A stretch of 32,659 bases of DNA, from positions 1 through 32,659 of the forward strand of contig JAUCBJ010002020.1 in NCBI GenBank assembly GCA_032718475.1, given 5' to 3'. The DNA comes from Nemertoderma westbladi. Its lineage: Eukaryota; Animalia; Xenacoelomorpha. The notes below the pieces were generated by a model that saw only the letters and a list, made by a program, of their open reading frames with translations, had not been told where the DNA came from and made no database searches. Positions 28,301 through 32,659 of this stretch are shown one piece after another. The first letter of the stretch is position 1. Every line of letters begins with the position of its first letter. Both the position numbers and the translations under genes were made by a program.

Positions 28301-30750
28301 ACTATTACAGTCCGCTAGATGGAGTAACTAGTAATTATATTCATCACTAACAAAATGATTTGTTTACTGAGGTTGCCGCGGTTACCGTTGAGCCATTAAT
28401 TTAAAGTTTCATTTAGATTAGAACGGCAAAGTCTACATTACTTTATCATTGGATAATACTACTGATATTCTGATACCTTACATAAGAAGTTGCAATCAAA
28501 AACAACGCAGCGTAGGTCCCAAGTAACCCCCCCCCCCCCCCCCCCCCCCAAATACTGTAAACCTCCGTCCTCCACCCCCACAAATCCCCCTACCCCAAAA
28601 AATAAACCCCCTGATCCCCCCCCCCCCCCCAAAATAAACACCCTCATCCACCCCAACATACCTCGGGTCCCAAATAAACCCTTTATCAAAATGCAAGCAA
28701 GGCCAGTCCTCTGGGGCGAGTTTTAGCAGCCGTGATATAACAACATAGCAATTACTGTGGATGTAGTGAACCAACATTACAATACTCGCAGCGTCTGGAA
28801 TTGTTCGTAAAAAACTTAATATTAAAAACATTAATGAAATAATTTGAGAATATTATTCTAAATAGACTATATAATATTCTGAATCTAGACGTGTTTTGTA
28901 TACAGAGTTAGTGAATTAGTTAGTAACTTATACTAGTTAGTAACTTATAAAAAAGTACTAAATTAAAATAGTCTATATGCCTAACTAACTAACCGTCACT
29001 GTTGCACGTGCTATCTGAATAGAAATTGTCGTCATCCATCGTAATATTTCTCTTAAAATGTGTCCGAACAGCTATAATAATCTCGTGTAGTCGATATAAT
29101 TTTTCCAACAAATATTTCATAAATTTCCACGCCATATCCGTTTCGTTGCTATACAAGGCAACCGAAGTTGCTATACAAGTTTGTATAGAAAGCAATTTAC
29201 TTGAGTAATTTCGAAGAATATCAAATGAAAGTTTCGCCAACCTGAAATGTAAATAGTTGTCTTTCACTCAATGGCTACTGTATAATCATTCTATTAAAAT
29301 GAGTATGGTAGGCCTAATGTATGTTACTGAATAAAAATGGTACAAAACTATCATCACAAAATTGTTTTGTGACAATATGTACCAAATTTTCGAGATACCA
29401 GATTTTAGATTTTATTTATTAACAATCCTTGAACCAATAGGTCTAATATTGTCCGTAACGAATGAAATGAGTCGCATTCCGTTTAATATTAATCGCAATA
29501 TTTTTCATTGCTATTTTATTAAATGTTAGTTGGCCTATTCAGTTTTTATTTACAATAATCAATTTAATTTAAATAAAAATTCATGTTGAATAATTTTAGG
29601 TACTGGACACGGCATTGCGAAAAATTGTAAAAGTAAACCGAACCCATGTATTGGATAATTATTGGCTGGTGAGTGACGAAGTAAACGAGCTTATCATAGA
29701 GGTAACGCTGTTTGTCGGTATGTCAGTCTTTCTGTCTGTCTGTCGGTCTCTCTGTCGGTCAGTCTGTGTTAGCGGATCCATTCCGCTGTACATTCCTTAC
29801 CATAAATGGGGGGGGGGGGGGGGCCGATGCTACAGGGCCAGCTGGGCAGTGGAGTTATAATCCACCTCAGCGGGCTAGAAGCTAACAAAGGCCTAAGGGA
29901 TGTAAATTTAGGGCGTGGTGAGCTGACCAATGGGAGGCCAGCACATGTCAGTTTAGAGTGTATCGGTTGGAGGCCAATAAAGTGTCAGCGTATCAATTAG
30001 GCTGTATTTCCCCATTTACATATATATATATTAACGGTCATCTGTATTCCAACTCAGTTGGCATTTATTCATTATAGACTATGAACAGTTTTCACCGTCA
30101 GCCGAAATCAATACTGTTCGTGCTGCGATCATTTCTGAATTTTACTGGTAACTATATATTAACGACCTATTATACATCAACTAATAACAACATTAGAACA
30201 CTTATTTTACCGAGCCTACAGCCATCAGTATTCCCCATCGCGGCGGCGCGTAGAAAACGTCATCAGTCAATCCGGTAGGGATCCCGAGCCAACTAGGATC
30301 CCGTCACAGTCTGTCTGTCGATCTGTCGCTCTGTCTGTCGGTCTGTCTGTCCGTCTGGCGGTCGATATGTCTGTCTCTCTGTCTGTCTGTCGGTCTATCT
30401 TTTATAAAATTACACTGATGTAGTCGAAGATCTCAAATATAATCTTCTTTGGTGGCGGACTCATGCACTCAGCAGTTCTCCAGTCTCCCGCTTGTAGGCG
30501 ACTGTGCAACGGTTGAAGTAGTGGTAGCCGATGACAAACTGCTGCTAATTTCGTCCTGCTAGAATTGCCAACGAATGTGTCAAAATGTTACCGTTGATTA
30601 GTCATTGTCATCAATAAATTACCTATATGATTCCTGCAGATGCTTCTTTGCCTCAACTGGATTCGAATTACAACACATTAGCGCCAATCTTAGACTCTCC
30701 TGTGATTCTTTTAAGTCTCTTTCGGAATAATTCGAAAGATTAGCGATCTC
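22309..30750 (-). CDS. Multi-exon host gene, WD40-repeat protein, possibly F-box/WD40; 5' end and one internal junction unresolved
   Basis: Phase-compatible GT-AG exon chain 29241-28994, 28794-28662, 28109-27957, 26579-26473, 25261-25117, 23796-23663, 23240-23056, 22921-22889, 22625-22422. It ends either by read-through to TAA at 22395-22397 or by splicing to 22332-22309. The upstream pair 30750-30623 / 30558-30414 is also phase-compatible. WD40-like motifs GEVQIWD and GNDNGSLGLWK. Confidence 0.75.
22422..22625 (-). CDS. WD40 gene exon (SDGGKTSVAKIQLAIGDYVARGNDNGSLGLWKLRSYQEPVYNFQFPMGIQSLCWATHSILIVGLTSPT)
   Basis: tattatag| acceptor, |gtaaac donor, 68 open codons, phase 0-0, WD40-like. Confidence 0.8.
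22889..22921 (-). CDS. WD40 gene small exon (IYNNKDTPPSE)
   Basis: ggttag| acceptor, GAG|gtaaat donor, 33 nt, phase 0-0. Confidence 0.55.
23056..23240 (-). CDS. WD40 gene exon (GKSKLVSKLVTWCYGDH...TQRKIK)
   Basis: ttattattag| acceptor (phase 1), AAG|gtaaga donor (phase 0); lies inside ORF 23002-23274. Confidence 0.75.
23663..23796 (-). CDS. WD40 gene exon (DFNVVDVVHLNGYVARQSMAITSSTAYIGLNITSDKKKKKRKPK), includes an NLS-like basic run
   Basis: gattctag| acceptor (phase 2), AAAG|gtaaac donor (phase 1); both phases match the neighbouring exons. Confidence 0.78.
23910..25054 (-). mobile_element. 5'-truncated, frameshifted non-LTR retrotransposon (RTE-like LINE), RT C-terminal half, intronic
   Basis: Fragments FDSVFRSRMFSIL..YGIP, GVLQGDTL, PFLFIIVVDYVL, DLDFADDL, FCYL, KAWAAL..IWKS, VLLYGS..W across several short ORFs. 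Ends are approximate. Confidence 0.9.
25117..25261 (-). CDS. WD40 gene exon (GEVQIWDIVNKTRIKSLSFADDECMSLCCHGNILGIGNESGSVQLRST)
   Basis: tattttatag| acceptor (phase 1), |gtaaga donor (phase 2), classic xxVxIWD motif. Confidence 0.85.
25784..26018 (-). mobile_element. tRNA-derived SINE
   Basis: Minus-strand head with A-box-like GCCTAGTGG and B-box-like GTTTCGATCCC (25956-25966). Body is shared with the second copy at 27071-27240. Confidence 0.7.
26473..26579 (-). CDS. WD40 gene exon (FTLSLGELRINDMCLLGCGRVCIAGTRGNVLDKLT)
   Basis: ttactatttag| acceptor (phase 2), CCG|gtaagt donor (phase 1); joins in frame to GEVQIWD. Confidence 0.83.
26708..26945. mobile_element. MITE with terminal inverted repeats (probably Tc1/mariner-derived)
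   Basis: GGGAAACTGGACGCAA (26716-26731) and its perfect reverse complement (26922-26937), extendable imperfectly outward; no ORF. Confidence 0.72.
27071..27240 (-). mobile_element. Degenerate, internally deleted second copy of the SINE at 25784-26018
   Basis: Shared blocks TAAGCCAAGG, GTGATCTTCCAC, CCAAG.TGTCTTG, TGAAAGCCAGGGTTGG, CACCACTAG. Confidence 0.7.
27957..28109 (-). CDS. WD40 gene exon (IIPAMAQCVPECAVCIKMISDGVHLFAAYNCYSRENENFIQIIKVQGLLP)
   Basis: tttaatag| acceptor (phase 2), CCAG|gtaatt donor (phase 2), 153 nt open. Confidence 0.75.
28662..28794 (-). CDS. Host gene exon (DAASIVMLVHYIHSNCYVVISRLLKLAPEDWPCLHFDKGFIWDPR)
   Basis: aattccag| acceptor (phase 1), CGAG|gtatgt donor (phase 2). 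Confidence 0.75.
28994..29241 (-). CDS. Host gene exon (LAKLSFDILRNYSSKLL...YSDSTCNSD)
   Basis: acatttcag| acceptor (phase 2), ACG|gttagt donor (phase 1); inside ORF 28989-29267. Confidence 0.7.
29658..30400 (+). repeat. (CTGT)n-type microsatellite element, possibly a truncated HINE/DINE-1-like Helentron derivative, split by a nested insertion
   Basis: Degenerate GTCT/CTGT arrays at about 29707-29766 and 30309-30398 behind a short unique head. The family assignment is inference. Confidence 0.5.
29767..30308 (+). mobile_element. Probable solo LTR (542 bp) of a second LTR family
   Basis: TGT...ACA ends with imperfect inverted repeat (TGTTAGCGGATCC / GGATCCCGTCACA), GTCTG on both flanks, CCAAT boxes, TATA-like 30021-30030, TCAGTT at 30054-30059. 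Confidence 0.65.
30414..30558 (-). CDS. Host gene exon (RTKLAAVCHRLPLLQPLHSRLQAGDWRTAECMSPPPKKIIFEIFDYIS), ends in an F-box-like motif
   Basis: aattctag| acceptor (phase 2) matches the upstream exon across a 64-nt intron; the donor |gtaatt is weak. Confidence 0.6.
30623..30750 (-). CDS. Host gene exon (EIANLSNYSERDLKESQESLRLALMCCNSNPVEAKKHLQESY)
   Basis: tttcatttag| acceptor (phase 0), TAG|gtaatt donor (phase 2), open frame. Confidence 0.68.
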
Positions 30751-32659
30751 CTAAATGAAAGTACAAAAAATTATATTGAAATATACAATTTTAATTAATT
30801 AATTGCTCAAATTATAAAACATATAGTTTTTCTATTAATAAATTTAAATATAATAAAAGGGTCCAATTTAGATTACTGGTAAGGTAATTTATATTTTTAT
30901 TTTATTCATTTTTATTCATTATTTTTTAAGTAGGACTAGATTATTAGCGAAATAGGCGCTTGAGTAAATTCAATTAAAATTAAACAAATAAAATTAAAAA
31001 GTAAATAGCAAAACTTCTACTAGCACATATATACCGGTAATGTAGTAATTATTATTTTAAACAACTTTTTCGAGGGGCTTTATGATCGCGGCATCTGGTA
31101 ACTTCGATTTGGGTTTCTTCCGCGCGATGCCACCAATGAGAAACTCTATGACTAGTTTAAAATTCCAGTGGACAGGAATAATCGACATTGTGGATGTCCC
31201 CTCATAGGATTTCCAATGTAATTTTAGTCAGTGGGTAGAGCCACGAGATGGGTAGAGCTTTATCAACGGGCTACCATTATCTGTGGTGCTATATGCACAC
31301 ATAGACGATAGACGTGGCTTGACAAGGGTAAGTGCAGAACGACAATAGGCCTACCGGTACAAGTGCACAGGTTTCGTAGGCTCGGTCAAATCTGTTCAAA
31401 ATGACATAATTAAGGTGCTGCTAAAAGTATATAAAGAGTTGCTACTGTAAATATATCTATATTGAAATAAATAAAACTTTCTGACCAATTGATTCCTTAT
31501 TGTTCCGATAACTCAGTCTAAATTAGATTTTTTTGAATAAAACGCATGATTTCATTTAATCGCAACCTAAAGCCGGCAAGTGACACGCAGATGGACATTA
31601 TCTGTTACAAACGGCTGGTGATTTCTTTACGCAAATTTATTAATTTCATATTTGAACTCGACTGACATAAAATAACCAGTGTACAGTAGACCTAATGAAA
31701 AGTGAATTTAATTATAGTTTCCTCCGTTTACATTTTTATACATAACATATATATATCGGCTACAACACAGGAATGCATTGCCTGCTTCCTCTACAATTCA
31801 AGACCTATGAACACCTCAATTAAAAAAAAATAAATAAAAAAAATAAAAAAAAACAATAAAAAAAAATAAATAAATAAAAAAAAATTAGTTCGTCATCAGC
31901 CGTGTAAATCCTCAAATAAGTAAGACTAGTGTCATTTAGTCGACGTTTCATGAAAATGAAAATCAATGGCTGACCGGCTGTCATAGTAATGTAATGCACA
32001 GCACAAGTATCTTTCAGGGTCAGAGTGGTGAGTCTGGGTTTTGGTAATTATATGTTACCCCGCTGCTGTGGTGTTCGGAAACCTTCAGCAGATATCCGAA
32101 TCCAACATCCTCATTAGTAATTAGATAGATAGAATAATTTTAATTATTTAAAAATAAGGAGATTAATTCTGCTTCATATTCAAATATGAATTAAATAATT
32201 GATTGAACTAATTAATAAACCAGAAATAAAGTTGTAAACTTAACTTATAAATAAACCAATGCCAATAAAGACAATTAATTATTATTCAATTTCTGGATAA
32301 CTTGCCAAGAGTACTAAGTGGATCCAAGCTTATGGTGCGACGCCTCACAAAAAATAAACAACCATAAATAGTTAGAGTATAACAACGTTAATAGACATAG
32401 TTCACTTTACATTAAGTACAGTCAGTAGTTGTAGGCCGACTGTTAATTAGTGTCTCAATTTGTGCAGTGTATCGAAACTGTGATAGTGATATATTCAATA
32501 TTCATAGTCACAATGTGAGCAGTGCATACTACAGTACTACTCGTCGAGCGAGCACGGACAGTGGAAATGAGATCCTTTCCGATTTTCCGATTCTACATAG
32601 TTGTCGCAGAGTCGTTTCTCTCAAGTCCAGTCTCCAGTACTAAATACGTTAGTAATAAG

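Noticed and set aside
28459-28726. Gly-rich and Pro-rich ORFs
   Set aside because: Products of C/G homopolymer runs; only 28662-28794 behaves as an exon.
29600-29668. Plus-strand exon-like segment (VLDTALRK...NYWL) with good splice sites
   Set aside because: No partner exons found on the plus strand, and the donor lies in the head of the microsatellite element.
31060-31351. Minus-strand frame of ~95 codons with one TGA (possible upstream exon or selenocysteine)
   Set aside because: Weak splice sites, no SECIS recognised, and the antisense frame is similarly open; cannot be supported.

Overview
Eukaryotic, AT-rich, intron-containing DNA, probably from an invertebrate animal. Bases 3981-19895 are one complete, recently inserted BEL/Pao LTR retrotransposon of 15.9 kb. 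It has ~1.15-kb LTRs with TG..CA ends, a 5-bp TATTG target-site duplication, gag with three Zn knuckles, and PR-RT-RH-IN pol. Five features are unusual. (1) There is no tRNA primer-binding site; instead the 11 nt abutting the 5' LTR are the exact reverse complement of an 11-mer inside the LTR, the signature of Tf1-type self-priming. (2) Eight consensus 5' splice donors cluster in the last kb of gag, seven in the same codon phase. (3) gag and pol are separated by a +1 frame break. (4) Gag carries a very long N-terminal extension with an Ala/Glu/Arg/Lys helical repeat. (5) A non-env accessory reading frame sits at the env position. Downstream, on the minus strand, are a single-exon membrane-anchored adaptor-like ORF and a multi-exon WD40 gene (possibly F-box/WD40) assembled here by splice-phase matching. 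Its introns hold an RTE-like LINE fragment, two tRNA-derived SINE copies, a MITE and a microsatellite element with a nested solo LTR. All alignments were done by eye and no database searches were run.
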